Positions 10,281 through 20,904 are shown, counted from the stretch's first letter. The stretch is DNA of 64,000 bases from Rhodobacterales bacterium (GCA_965219495.1 OZ244777.1:93193-157192), one strand, 5' to 3'. Notes: generated from the letters alone by a model not told the origin. A program made the numbers and translations.

Positions 10281-10313
10281 TCCGGCCCCCGGGAATACCG
10301 TCCGGGGGCCGGA
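10281..10313. terminator. Hairpin between convergent genes, probable terminator or mRNA stabiliser
   Basis: Perfect 12-bp stem TCCGGCCCCCGG / CCGGGGGCCGGA between stops at 10252 and 10318; no clear U-tract. Confidence 0.65.
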
Positions 10314-10317
10314 ATAC

Positions 10318-11271
10318 CTACGAATCTTGGGCAGGGTGATGGCAGGCGAACGCATGGCGTGCATCGCCAAGCATTGCCGGTACGGTTGTTGGGCATTCAT
10401 CGACCGCGAAGGGACAGCGAGGAGCGAACCTGCAGCCTTCGGTTGACGGGCCTCTATCGTCAAGGGCCGAATGCACCCAAGGCCAATCGGGTTTTAGCTC
10501 GGCGTCTTCCTTCGAAATTACGGGTATCGCCGACAAGAGCATCGTCGTATAGCGATGTTTCGGGCGGGAAAACACCGTTTCCGTCTCGCCTTGCTCCACT
10601 ATTCGCCCGCGGTAGAGAACCACAACGGCGTCTGCGATGTTGCGGACCACGCTGAGGTCGTGGGTGATAAACATGAAAGTAAGCTGCAGTTTGCGTTGCA
10701 GGTCGAGTAGGAGCGCAATGATCTTGGCCTGGACCGACACGTCGAGAGCGGAAGTCGGTTCATCCAGTACAAGGATCCGAGGTTCGGCCGCCAGAGCGCG
10801 CGCCAACGCAACGCGTTGCCGCTGACCCCCGGACAGCGTTGCCGGATACCGGTCCATGAACTCGGGTCCGAGTTCCACCATGTGAAGCAGTTCGGTCACC
10901 CGTGCCCGCCGAGACCGGCTCGTTCCAAATTGGTGGACGATCAGCGGAAGTTCGACGGCGTGCCGAACGGGTCGTCGAAGGTTCAAGGCGGAGTAGGGGT
11001 TTTGCTGAACCACTTGGATGGCCTGGCGTAGAGGTTTCGGCCTGCGCTTCTGCAATTCCTGATCGCGCAGCCAGATGCGGCCCGAAGTGGGTTCCTCAAG
11101 TCCCAGGATCAGGTTCCCGAGCGTTGTCTTTCCCGACCCGGATTCGCCAACAACCGCCACCGTCTTGCCTTCCGGCAGTTCGAAGTCTACGCCACCCAAT
11201 GCCTCCACAATGCGACCTGCCACTGCATAGCGCTTGCAGAGCGCCTCGGTCCGAATGAGGCTGCCGCTCAC
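10318..11271 (-). CDS. Peptide ABC transporter ATP-binding protein (DppF/OppF-like)
   Basis: GESGSGKT, LSGGQRQR, LDEPTSALD, GCRFAPRCP; GTG start overlaps the upstream TGA. Confidence 0.92.
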   Translation of the reverse strand: MSGSLIRTEALCKRYAVAGRIVEALGGVDFELPEGKTVAVVGESGSGKTTLGNLILGLEEPTSGRIWLRDQELQKRRPKPLRQAIQVVQQNPYSALNLRRPVRHAVELPLIVHQFGTSRSRRARVTELLHMVELGPEFMDRYPATLSGGQRQRVALARALAAEPRILVLDEPTSALDVSVQAKIIALLLDLQRKLQLTFMFITHDLSVVRNIADAVVVLYRGRIVEQGETETVFSRPKHRYTTMLLSAIPVISKEDAELKPDWPWVHSALDDRGPSTEGCRFAPRCPFAVDECPTTVPAMLGDARHAFACHHPAQDS

Positions 11272-12251
11272 GGCCGTTCTGCCACCGGTTGTGACGCATA
11301 CTGCAACACGCAACGCACTTGGTTGCCCGCAGCGGTATCCACCATTTCCACGGGCCGACTGCAGATCTCCTGCACATGAGGACATCGTGGCGCAAATCGG
11401 CAACCCGGCGGCGGCGCCACGTAATTCGGAATGTTGCCTTCGATGCCGACCGGCAGGACCTTCGCGGCAAGATTTGGTACCGCGCGCAGCAGCGCCCGGG
11501 TGTAAGGGTGCTTGGGGGACCGGAAGAGTTCCTCGGTTGTCGCCTCTTCCACGATGTTTCCTGCGTACATCACGTAGACGCGTTCGGCGAACTCCCGCAC
11601 GACGCCCAGATTGTGCGTAATGAGTAACACCGCCGCGCCGTATTCGCGGGTTAGGTCGGTCATCAGGTGAAGCGTCTGCTGCTGGACGGTGACGTCCAAC
11701 GCGGTTCCAGGCTCGTCGGCCACCACCAGGTCCGGGCGATTGATGAGCGCCATCGAGATCAGGATGCGTTGGTTGAGACCGCCGCTGAGTTGGAAGGGGA
11801 AAGAGCCCAGCACCCGGTCGGGGTCGTCCACGGCCACCTTGCGCAGCATTTTCCGGGAGAGGGCGAAAGCGTCCTTGCGTCCTTGCGCGCCTCCGCCTCT
11901 TCGGGCGACGGTGGATAGTTGGTGGCCTACCGTGAACACGGGATTTAGAGCCGCCTCGGGATCCTGGAAGATCATGGCGATGCGCCGTCCGCGGATCCGA
12001 CGCCATTTGCGTTTCGAAAACGCGAGGAGTTCCTCCCCGTCGAATCGCACACTGCCGCGAATCGCGACATTTTGCTCCTGCAAGAGCCCCAAAATCACGC
12101 GCGCGGTTACCGATTTGCCGCAACCGGACTCGCCAACGACGGCGACCTTTTCTCCGCGCCGCACCGAGAGGCTGACGCCTTCGATCACCCGTGACAGTCC
12201 CTCGAAGACCGAGAAGTTTACAGACAAGTCCTTGATTTCGAGTAATGGCAT
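11268..12251 (-). CDS. Peptide ABC transporter ATP-binding protein (DppD/OppD-like)
   Basis: GESGCGKS, LSGGLNQR, ADEPGTALD, PKHPYT. Confidence 0.92.
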   Translation of the reverse strand: MPLLEIKDLSVNFSVFEGLSRVIEGVSLSVRRGEKVAVVGESGCGKSVTARVILGLLQEQNVAIRGSVRFDGEELLAFSKRKWRRIRGRRIAMIFQDPEAALNPVFTVGHQLSTVARRGGGAQGRKDAFALSRKMLRKVAVDDPDRVLGSFPFQLSGGLNQRILISMALINRPDLVVADEPGTALDVTVQQQTLHLMTDLTREYGAAVLLITHNLGVVREFAERVYVMYAGNIVEEATTEELFRSPKHPYTRALLRAVPNLAAKVLPVGIEGNIPNYVAPPPGCRFAPRCPHVQEICSRPVEMVDTAAGNQVRCVLQYASQPVAERP

Positions 12252-12255
12252 TGCG

Positions 12256-13110
12256 CTATACCTCGACTCCGAACAAGTCGCGGAGACCGTCGCCAAGCAG
12301 GTTGAAGCCGAGCACAACGACCAGAATCGCCAGTCCGGAAAAGACCGAGGTCCACCACAGGTCAGGCAAGTACAGCGTACCCTCCGCAACCATGGTGCCG
12401 AGGTCGGGAGTGGGCGGTTGCGCGCCGAGGCCCAGAAAGCTCAATCCACTGCCGAGCAGGATCACGAACCCCATGTCAAGGGTCATCTTTGTGATGATCG
12501 TCCCGACACAGTTCGGCAATATTTCGCCGACGATAATCCGTGCAGGTGATGCGCCGACTACTTGCGCCGCAGCGACATAGCCCTCGGTCTTGAGGGATCG
12601 GGCCAGATTGTAGATGAGCCGCGTGTACCATGGCCACCAGCCGACGGCGACAGCCGCCATCGCCAGGGTGAGGGAGGGTTCGAACAGTCCCAGAATGGCC
12701 ATTGCCAGCACCAGCGACGGTACGGCAAGGAAAATGTCGGTGACCCGCATGATTGCGAGTTCCCATATTCCGCCGAAATAGCCGGCGATCAGCCCCAGGC
12801 CGACCCCCAGCGGGACGGCGATCAGCAAGACCACAATGCCGAGCAAGAGCGAGATGCGGTAGCCGAAAATGATGCGGCTCAGCACATCGCGTCCCAGGTT
12901 GTCCGTTCCGAACCAATGAGTAAACGAAGGAACTTGGTTCCGGCCCAGAATATCGATGAACTTGTCGGCAGCCTCCGGATAGGGTGCAACCAGAGGGGCT
13001 GCAATCGTTGTCAATACCACGGCAGCGACGATAACAAGGCCGGCAACCGACAAGGGATTTCGCGCAAACTTGAACCACGCTCGCGAACGACGGCGGAATC
13101 TGATCGTCAT
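12256..13110 (-). CDS. Peptide ABC transporter permease (DppC-like)
   Basis: HWFGTDNLGRDVLSR, LSFLGLGAQPP, FNLLGDGLRD. Confidence 0.92.
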   Translation of the reverse strand: MTIRFRRRSRAWFKFARNPLSVAGLVIVAAVVLTTIAAPLVAPYPEAADKFIDILGRNQVPSFTHWFGTDNLGRDVLSRIIFGYRISLLLGIVVLLIAVPLGVGLGLIAGYFGGIWELAIMRVTDIFLAVPSLVLAMAILGLFEPSLTLAMAAVAVGWWPWYTRLIYNLARSLKTEGYVAAAQVVGASPARIIVGEILPNCVGTIITKMTLDMGFVILLGSGLSFLGLGAQPPTPDLGTMVAEGTLYLPDLWWTSVFSGLAILVVVLGFNLLGDGLRDLFGVEV

Positions 13111-14129
13111 AGCTGTCCCAGTTTCCGAATTCGCGGGTTGACATAGGCGACGAGGAGGTCGACGAGCGTATTGACCAGCACAAAAAAGATGGCGAGAACC
13201 AGCACCGTCGCCACGATGCCATTGAGATCCTTGTGCAGGATGGTTTGTACCCCATACCGGGCCATTCCCGGCCATGCGAAGATCGATTCCACCAGGAACG
13301 CATTCCCGAGGAGCGCAGCAAACTCAAGCCCGATGATGGTGAGTGTCGGAATGGCGGCAGGTCGGAGTGCGAAGACGGTCGCGATCTCCCAATTCGTGTA
13401 GGAAAAGGCGCGTGCGAGTTCGATGTACTGGCTTTCGTACACGTCCACCATGTTGGTTCGGGTGAGGCGTGCGGTCTGTCCCATGGCCGGCAGCGACAGC
13501 GCGAGGCCCGGCAACGCAATGTGATGCAACGCGTCCCACATGGTTTTCCATTCGCCTGCGAGTGCGGCGTCAAGGATGTACAGGCCGGTAACGGCCGGCG
13601 GCGCAGCAAGGCCCTCCGTCAGTCGTGCGGAAATCGGAAACAGCCCGAGCGCGAAAGCAAACACCAGCATCAGCAGGATCGCCCATACGAAGGTGGGCGA
13701 CACCACGCTCAGAACAGCAATCAGCCTGAGGCCGTTGTCCGCGGCGGAATTCCGATAATGGGCGGCGAGTATCCCGAGCAGTAGCCCGAATACGGTGATG
13801 AATGTGATCGAAACCAGCACCAGTTCAAATGTGGCTGGAAATGCGACACGGATGTCTTCGGCTACCGGCCGATTGGTATAGAGCGAAATTCCGAAGTCAT
13901 AATTGGCAGCATTCTTCAGGAACTCCCAATACTGCAAGGGGACCGGACGGTCGAGTCCGAGGCGGTCGCTCAGCGCCTGTACCTGGGCCGGGGTTGCAGT
14001 GGGACCGAGCGCGAGCCGCGCGGGGTCGCCGGGAATTACGCGTGCAAGCAGGAAAATGAGGACGGATACGCCGATCAGTACAATCACGCCGGAGAGAAGC
14101 CGGTAACCGAGAAAACGGAGCGTATGCAT
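13107..14129 (-). CDS. Peptide ABC transporter permease (DppB-like)
   Basis: PGDPARLALG, LGLDRP, PATFEL, VESIFAWPGM, YVNPRIR. Confidence 0.92.
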   Translation of the reverse strand: MHTLRFLGYRLLSGVIVLIGVSVLIFLLARVIPGDPARLALGPTATPAQVQALSDRLGLDRPVPLQYWEFLKNAANYDFGISLYTNRPVAEDIRVAFPATFELVLVSITFITVFGLLLGILAAHYRNSAADNGLRLIAVLSVVSPTFVWAILLMLVFAFALGLFPISARLTEGLAAPPAVTGLYILDAALAGEWKTMWDALHHIALPGLALSLPAMGQTARLTRTNMVDVYESQYIELARAFSYTNWEIATVFALRPAAIPTLTIIGLEFAALLGNAFLVESIFAWPGMARYGVQTILHKDLNGIVATVLVLAIFFVLVNTLVDLLVAYVNPRIRKLGQL

Positions 14130-14150
14130 GGATCTTTCGCGGAAGTCGGC

Positions 14151-15704
14151 CTAGCGTTCGCGCCAGTCGCCGATTTGCTCTACCGCATCGGCGACCCGCA
14201 GAACGGTCTGCTCGTCGAGATGCCGGCCGACGACCTGAAGGCCGATGGGTAGTCCATCTTCCATTCCACACGGAACGCTGATCGCAGGATGGCCGGTAAC
14301 CCCAAACTGGCAAGTATTTCCGATCATCTGCATCGCAAAGGCAATCTTGTCTCCGATGCCGCAGTCGACCGGCGGAATAGGTGTCGCGCGAAACGGGGTG
14401 GTCGGAAGGACAAGCACGTCATGGTCGGCCAGTGCTTGATCATAAGCTGCACATAGCCGGGACCGGAGGTTTTGGCCGATGGCGTAGTAGCGGCCGTGAG
14501 TCGTGCGGCGCAAGTGCTCGCCCAGCAGCAGGATGCCTTTGAACGCCGGCGAAAGATCATCCGGGCGCGCGTTCAGAGCTGCTCCGTGAAACTCGGCGAG
14601 CTGCCGGTTGTAGTAGCCGAGCCAGTTGGTGCCCACGAAGTTTCCCTGGATCATGAACTGGGCCGCGCCTTCGGTATAAAAGCCGTAAAAAATGCGCAGT
14701 CCGTCATAGTGCATGGGGACGGAAACTTCGGTCACTGTGGCACCCGTTCGCTCGAGTTCGGCGGCAGCGGCGCGGACCTTCTCGTCGACGACTTCTTCGC
14801 TTCCCGGAAGGCCGATATCAGGCCAAACGTCTTGCCCAAATCCCTCCCGGAGCAAGGCGATGCGGAGCCCTTTCACGCCGCGGCCGACCGCGCGCGTGTA
14901 GTCGGTTTCTTCCGGTTTCACACCTCGTGTCCGTGGGTCAAACGGGTCTGGACCGGCGATCGCGGAAAGCATGGACGCGACATCTGCGACAGTGTTCGCC
15001 ATCGGGCCAATATGGTCGAGAGTCATTTCAATCGTGACAACGCCTGTATAGGGGACCAGCCCGTACGTCGGTTTTAGACCCACAACGCCACTCCAAGAGG
15101 CGGGAATGCGGATCGAACCACCCTGATCCCCGCCGATTGCCAGATCGATCTCCCCGGCGGCCAATGCCGCGGCGCTGCCGTTCGAAGAACCTCCCGGTGC
15201 GTGCGTTGGCTTCCGAGGATTTCGCACGGTAGCAAGCGGGCTGTTGGTCTCGATTGCGTCGCCGGCGCCGTCATTCACCGTGGTCTTGCCGAGAATGTTG
15301 GCGCCCGAATCCAGCAGGCGAGTCACCACGGTCGCGTCCACCGTGGGAATGAACCCTTCGAGCAGGCGCCCGCCGTTGATCATGGGAACTCCGGATACGC
15401 ATACCGTATCCTTGATTCCAACCCGCTTCCCGGCCAGCGGGCCACCGGGGGCTCCTCTTATATCGGTGCGCCAGAACCAGGCATTGTAAGGATTCTCCTC
15501 TCGCGATGGCCGGTAGCCTTTGTCGCGTGGATACTTGACTGGAGGTACAACCTCCTCTTGCATCTCCATCCACCGAAAGACTCGGTAGGCGCCCGCCATC
15601 ATCGCGTGGTAGGAGGAGAATTCTTCTTCACCCAGCCGCATTCCAAGGCTCTTGGCAATCTCGTTGATTTGTTCACGACTCGGTGCGCTGACAGCGGACG
15701 ACAT
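14151..15704 (-). CDS. Amidase-signature family enzyme (paralog 2)
   Basis: Lys-Ser-Ser triad motifs GIKD, GGSSNGS, GGDQGGSIRIPASWSGVVGLKPT. Confidence 0.93.
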   Translation of the reverse strand: MSSAVSAPSREQINEIAKSLGMRLGEEEFSSYHAMMAGAYRVFRWMEMQEEVVPPVKYPRDKGYRPSREENPYNAWFWRTDIRGAPGGPLAGKRVGIKDTVCVSGVPMINGGRLLEGFIPTVDATVVTRLLDSGANILGKTTVNDGAGDAIETNSPLATVRNPRKPTHAPGGSSNGSAAALAAGEIDLAIGGDQGGSIRIPASWSGVVGLKPTYGLVPYTGVVTIEMTLDHIGPMANTVADVASMLSAIAGPDPFDPRTRGVKPEETDYTRAVGRGVKGLRIALLREGFGQDVWPDIGLPGSEEVVDEKVRAAAAELERTGATVTEVSVPMHYDGLRIFYGFYTEGAAQFMIQGNFVGTNWLGYYNRQLAEFHGAALNARPDDLSPAFKGILLLGEHLRRTTHGRYYAIGQNLRSRLCAAYDQALADHDVLVLPTTPFRATPIPPVDCGIGDKIAFAMQMIGNTCQFGVTGHPAISVPCGMEDGLPIGLQVVGRHLDEQTVLRVADAVEQIGDWRER

Positions 15705-15772
15705 TTTCTCTCCCTCGGTTCAGTTCGGAAATAGTGGATTTGAAGGTGTCGGTGTTTCAGCGCTACAGCAAC

Positions 15773-17323
15773 TTACATGTTGCGCCAATCCCCCAGTTTC
15801 TCGACGGCATCAGCGGCTCGAATGACTGTGATGTCGTCGAGGTAGCGGCCGATGAATTGCAGTCCGATCGGGAGGTTGTCCTCGACTCCGCAGGGCACAC
15901 TGATTGCGGGTTGGCCGGTGATCGCCATCTGACAGGTGTTTCCAATCATTTGCATGGCATACGCTACGCTTTGATCTGGCGGTAAGGAAGCGGGAGGAAC
16001 GGGCGTGGCGCGAAACGGAACTGTCGGCATAGCAAGTACATCGTAGCGGGCGAGAACGCTGTCATAGGCTTCACCGATCGTCTGCCGCAGGTTTTGGGCC
16101 CGTGCGTAGTAGCGTCCGTGAAAACGCTCACGCAGGTACTGAGACGCAATCAGCGTGGATTTGCGCGCCGGGGAAAGGCGGTCGGGATCTTTCCGCCACG
16201 ACTTCCCATAGGCTTCCATCAATCCCGTATTGTAGTACCCGAGGAATCCGTACCCGACCGAGTTGGCCAAGATCATTTCCGCATTGCCTTCGAAGTACAT
16301 CGCATTGAAGACATGCACGGCCTGCAGATGTTCCGGTAAGGATATCTGATCGACGACCGCGCCATTCCGTTCCAGCGCGGCAATGGCGGCTCGAACCTTG
16401 CGATCCACGATTTCTTCGCTTCCCGGCAGTTCGAGAATTTCCCAAGGTTCGTGGGCGAATCCCTCGCGAACCACGGCAATTCGCAGCCCTTTCGCGCCTT
16501 GTCCGATTGCTGTCAGATAATCGACTTCTTGCGGAAAAATTCCACGCTGGCGAGGATCGAGCGGGTCCGGACCTGCCAGCACCTTGAGAGCTCGCGCCAA
16601 GGTTTCGACGTCATTTGCCATTGGGCCGAGAGCGACCATGGTTCTGTCGCTTCCCATGACGCCCGTGTAGGGAACCAAGCCATAGGACGGCCGGAGGCCG
16701 ACCACGCCGCTCCATGACGCCGGGATGCGTACCGAGCCGCCCTGGTCCGTGCCAAGCGCAAGGTCAATGTCACCCGCCGCCAGCGCGGCGGCGCTGCCGC
16801 TAGAGGATCCACCCGGCGCGTGTGTCGGCTTCCGTGGATTGCGCACCGTTACAAATGGGCTGTTGTCCTCAAAGTCATCGAGACCGGCGCCGTCGGAGGC
16901 CGTGGTCTTCCCAAGTATGGTCGCGCCGGCGTCGAGCAATCGGGATACTGCGGTGGCGTCGATATCGGGGATGTATCCGGCATCGTCTCTGCCGGTAAGC
17001 ATCGGTATGCCCGCCACACAGATGATGTCCTTGATCCCGGCACTGATTCCCGACAACGAACCCGCGGAGTCGCCGTGGATTTCTGTTCGCCAGTACCAGG
17101 CGTTGTAGGGATTCTCCGAGCGCGGCGGCCGAACTCCGGGCGGCCGATCATATCTGACTTCGGGATGGAAGGGTTCGAGATGTTCGGTGTGCCGACAAGA
17201 GTGAAGCGCTGCGCGGACCAAGCGACAGTATGCGTCCGCCTCCGAATTGTCGAGCGTTATGCCGAAGTGGTGCGCGAGATCAGCCACCTCTTCCGGAGTC
17301 GGTTCGAGGGGTTCCGAGGCCAT
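15773..17323 (-). CDS. Amidase-signature family enzyme (paralog 1)
   Basis: GIKD, GGSSSGS, GTDQGGSVRIPASWSGVVGLRPS; start chosen at MASEPL by alignment with the neighbouring paralog. Confidence 0.92.
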   Translation of the reverse strand: MASEPLEPTPEEVADLAHHFGITLDNSEADAYCRLVRAALHSCRHTEHLEPFHPEVRYDRPPGVRPPRSENPYNAWYWRTEIHGDSAGSLSGISAGIKDIICVAGIPMLTGRDDAGYIPDIDATAVSRLLDAGATILGKTTASDGAGLDDFEDNSPFVTVRNPRKPTHAPGGSSSGSAAALAAGDIDLALGTDQGGSVRIPASWSGVVGLRPSYGLVPYTGVMGSDRTMVALGPMANDVETLARALKVLAGPDPLDPRQRGIFPQEVDYLTAIGQGAKGLRIAVVREGFAHEPWEILELPGSEEIVDRKVRAAIAALERNGAVVDQISLPEHLQAVHVFNAMYFEGNAEMILANSVGYGFLGYYNTGLMEAYGKSWRKDPDRLSPARKSTLIASQYLRERFHGRYYARAQNLRQTIGEAYDSVLARYDVLAMPTVPFRATPVPPASLPPDQSVAYAMQMIGNTCQMAITGQPAISVPCGVEDNLPIGLQFIGRYLDDITVIRAADAVEKLGDWRNM

Positions 17324-17330
17324 ACACTGG

Positions 17331-18131
17331 CTAGGCGGCTTTGACGCGTTCGCGAATTTCGCCAACGGTAAACAAGGCTCCGACCGGTGGCTCGCCGCTG
17401 AAAAGATTGAAGGTCCGAACTTCGCTAGAGGGCGGCGCCTTGCTGCTACCCATGCGGCTCGGGCGCCATCCGAATTTTTGTGCGCCATCGGCCACCATTT
17501 CGGCGTACTTGATGGCGGCCGGTATCGCCTCGAGAACCGGCACTCTCAGTTCTTCCTGCATTCGGTCGGAGAAACCGTACTCGGCAGTGCAGCCGAGAAT
17601 CAGGACCTCGGCTCCGTCTTCGTCCACACAGCGCCTTCCCAGCGCAATCAGGCGTTCTGCGGAATCTGCTCGGGACTGAAAATCGTGTACGGAGAGATCG
17701 GCGGCGCGCATCGATACCATGCGGTCCCGGTGTCCATAGTATCGTACGTTTGCCGACATCCTATTGATCCATTTGCGCTTGCCGACGATCACGGAAAACG
17801 TATTGCCGAGCACGCTGGCGATAGCGGTCGTGGCCTGACAGGGGCCAATCACCACGGCGCCTTGCGACACTTCACGAAATTCACGAAGAGCAATATCGTA
17901 ATATCCGCCGCTGACAATCGCTTCATACTTTCCGGCCAAGGAATGGACGATATGAGTTAGGTCCCCGACGACAGATGCCTCGTAGCTGTGATACTCGAGG
18001 TGGGTTGGACGGTCGTCGGGCAGGCAAACAAAATCGACCACCGTGCCGGGACTGCGGGCGCGTTCGATAATCTGCGTCATGCCCTGCACATAGGCTGTGC
18101 CCCCGGTGGGGCTGATGTAAAGTATACGCAC
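17331..18131 (-). CDS. Asp/Glu/hydantoin racemase family protein
   Basis: MRILYISP, SPGTVVD, EDGAEVLILGCT, LRVPVLE; the first catalytic Cys position (usually ACF/GCF) reads GGYYD. Confidence 0.85.
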   Translation of the reverse strand: MRILYISPTGGTAYVQGMTQIIERARSPGTVVDFVCLPDDRPTHLEYHSYEASVVGDLTHIVHSLAGKYEAIVSGGYYDIALREFREVSQGAVVIGPCQATTAIASVLGNTFSVIVGKRKWINRMSANVRYYGHRDRMVSMRAADLSVHDFQSRADSAERLIALGRRCVDEDGAEVLILGCTAEYGFSDRMQEELRVPVLEAIPAAIKYAEMVADGAQKFGWRPSRMGSSKAPPSSEVRTFNLFSGEPPVGALFTVGEIRERVKAA

Positions 18132-18754
18132 GCTATTTTCTCACCTTGCCTCGGTCGAAAGCTATCACAATCGCGCTTCTGTCGCCATTCTGAAGGCATG
18201 CGAGAGATTTTTCCCGGGCGGCAGGGCACAGCAGCGTGCAACCGATCTGAGACATATCACGATGGCCGGTTCGTCTCTGCAGCCAAACTTGTGCGAAGCC
18301 ATTCAACTCTTCCGTCCCGGTCATCTCACCTGCGGGCGGTGTTGAGAATTTGCAATTGAGGACCACCTACAGAATACCCCGCTGGGTGAGCGCATTCCAG
18401 ACTATTCGGGGACATGGGTAGCGTTAGGGATGTCTCAAGCCATTGCGTCTTGTTCTGTGCGAGAAACGACAAGGATTGTACGAACACACCTTTCGATTCA
18501 GAGGACCTACGGCGAATGTCTCCGATGGGCCAAGTGTATTGGAAACTCCCCGAAAAACTCGAAACATCCTGCCGGCAATCAGGGAAACTAGCGACCGGCT
18601 CGGATGTCACACCTTGGTAGCCGCAGACCGGAAAAGGTAAACAACTGGCCTTCGGTCAGATCCGCTGACTGACACAAGCGTTTTACAGCACGGTTATTTT
18701 GTCGAGAGGATGATCTGTTCCAAGTCCGACTGCAGCCGCTCTCGAATCGGTCGA

Positions 18755-19762
18755 CTATTCTTCGCGGTGGGCCTTCAGGTATGCGACGATCAGGCACAGT
18801 TGTTCGAACAGGATGGCCGTTGCGTTGAGCGCGGTAATCTGGTTGGGATTGTCCTTTGTGGGGACCATGCAGACGACATCGGCGCCGATCACGTTCAGTC
18901 CCCGCATGCCCTGGAGGATTCCGATCGCTTCGTGCATCTGGAACCCAGTATCGGGCACGAGGGCGGCGACCGCTGGCGCGACGGTCGGGTCGAGAGCATC
19001 GAGGTCGAAAGAGATGTAGAGCGGCGCGTCCCCGACGCGCTCGCGGATGATCTCGACGGTCTTGGCGACGCCGAGTTCCCGGAACTCTTCGAAAGGAATC
19101 ACCTGATAGCCCAGCCGTTCGCTCGACCTCCGCCAATCGAGCGAATAGGTGTGTCCGCGGATACCGAGCTGTATGCTTTTTGCCGTGTCGATGTGCCCCT
19201 CGGTGGCGATGTAACTGGCCCAATGGGCGGCCGAACGCACCGAACCGAGCCAGTGCGGAAGGTGATCGTAGGTGTCTGTGTGGGCATCGATCTGAAGCAG
19301 TGCGGCCCTTTGCCCTGCACTCAATTTCGCCTCAGAACCGGTGATCGCCTTCACGATCGGACCGGTTATGGAATGGTCGCCGCCAATCGTGACCGGGTGC
19401 ACGCCCGCTGCATCCAAAGACCTGTAGTACACTTCAATATCGCGCACGGATAGGTCGTTGACCATCGCCCTGGGCAGCAACACGTCGCCCAAGTCGTGAA
19501 TTCGGCATTCCTCCCAGGGCGAGAACTGAAATGTACCGTGAACGCGGCGCAATTGGCCCGAGACATTGCGAACCGCCCTCGGTCCGAGATGCTGATCGCG
19601 TTCGTTGGCGCCATTGCCGGAACTGTGGGGAACGCCGACCAAGGCGATGTCGCATTGCTCGACGTCTTCGTTGTGGGGACAGCCGAACAGGGTGGGAACC
19701 CCCCACCAGTAGAGGTTTCCCAGGAAAGTCTTCTCGTCTCCGGTTAGATCGTGGTTATCCAT
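18755..19762 (-). CDS. Ureohydrolase (agmatinase/arginase family), substrate unknown
   Basis: GGDHSIT, DAHTD, SFDLDALDP metal-ligand motifs; GPRAVR. Confidence 0.9.
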   Translation of the reverse strand: MDNHDLTGDEKTFLGNLYWWGVPTLFGCPHNEDVEQCDIALVGVPHSSGNGANERDQHLGPRAVRNVSGQLRRVHGTFQFSPWEECRIHDLGDVLLPRAMVNDLSVRDIEVYYRSLDAAGVHPVTIGGDHSITGPIVKAITGSEAKLSAGQRAALLQIDAHTDTYDHLPHWLGSVRSAAHWASYIATEGHIDTAKSIQLGIRGHTYSLDWRRSSERLGYQVIPFEEFRELGVAKTVEIIRERVGDAPLYISFDLDALDPTVAPAVAALVPDTGFQMHEAIGILQGMRGLNVIGADVVCMVPTKDNPNQITALNATAILFEQLCLIVAYLKAHREE

Positions 19763-20034
19763 TGTTGTCGTTTTCGCGCGTTGTCACCCTTTGGCGAGTT
19801 GGCCTCCAAGAACTCTATGGCTAATTCCGACCGGAGATCACTTTACCGGACAAGTCGCAGAAGTGATGGAATCCAATGCATGGATCCGAGCAAAGCGCAG
19901 TTGCTTGCAATTGTCGGCGGGCGAAATCCAAGTGGAGCGCGAGATGCATGGAAAGATCCGTTGCGTCCACGCATTCCTGCAATGACCCCGGTGCATCGGG
20001 GGTGGGACGCCCCCCGAGTTCACCGGTCGCCGGG

Positions 20035-20844
20035 TCAGTTCAGGATGCTTCGGATTGGATCGGCAGGCGACGGATCGAAGCCGATCAAGTCTTCAACCAG
20101 ACTCCCGAAAGTTCCGTCGGCCACCATCTCGGCCCTTGCCGCGTTGATTGCGCTCACCAGGTTCGGCTTGGCTTTCTTGACGGCCCATCCGAGTTGATAG
20201 GGAATATGCAATTCGTCGGTCCAGCGCAGGGGCATTTTCGACACCTGAATTGCGTAGGCTGCGGCGATAGAATCCATGACCGCGCCGTCAATCCGCCTGT
20301 TCACGGTATCCTGCATCACCCCGACATCGGATGGGTAGTGTCTTACTTCGGCACCCCAACCTTCAGCCAAAGGCACGAAAATTGACGCCGTGATCACGCC
20401 AATGGACTTCCCCTCGGCGTCGGCAGAAGATTGAATCGTTGAATCCTGGTGCACGATCAACCGTGCGCCCGACTCGACCCAGCCGTCGCAAAACGTGACG
20501 CTCTTTTGCCGTTCCTCGGTGATACCCATTGCGCTTCCGACGACATCGTACTTGTCCGCCAATAGCGCTACCAGCATGGATTCCCACTTGATGACGACGG
20601 GCTTGTAGTTCAGGCCCAGCCTCCCGCAGATTTCCCTCATGGCCCGCATTTCAAGCCCGTCGAGCGTGCCATCATCCTTGGTGAAGCTGAATGGCGGATA
20701 CACTCCCTCGGTCGCCGAACTCAACTCCCCAGGCACCAACAGTTCAAGTTCGTCGGCGAATGCCGGACGGCGCATGACCCACGGCAACGCAAGCGTGGTC
20801 GCTACGGCTGCTGAACTCTTCCGGATAAACTCACGTCGTTTCAT
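20035..20844 (-). CDS. Polar amino acid ABC transporter substrate-binding protein with Tat signal
   Basis: MKRREFIRKS twin-arginine signal; TEGVYPPFSF, MGITEERQKSVTF. Confidence 0.9.
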   Translation of the reverse strand: MKRREFIRKSSAAVATTLALPWVMRRPAFADELELLVPGELSSATEGVYPPFSFTKDDGTLDGLEMRAMREICGRLGLNYKPVVIKWESMLVALLADKYDVVGSAMGITEERQKSVTFCDGWVESGARLIVHQDSTIQSSADAEGKSIGVITASIFVPLAEGWGAEVRHYPSDVGVMQDTVNRRIDGAVMDSIAAAYAIQVSKMPLRWTDELHIPYQLGWAVKKAKPNLVSAINAARAEMVADGTFGSLVEDLIGFDPSPADPIRSILN

Positions 20845-20904
20845 GAAGATCTCCCTTTCTCGCTCATCACTATTCTTGCTAGTTCTCCAAACATTGCACT
20901 GTCT

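Noticed and set aside
10318-12123. N-terminal extensions in the ORF track (601-aa DppF, 645-aa M48, 524-aa oxidoreductase, 486-aa COQ9) as fusions
   Set aside because: Extensions overlap neighbouring genes or lack motifs; downstream starts give normal family lengths.
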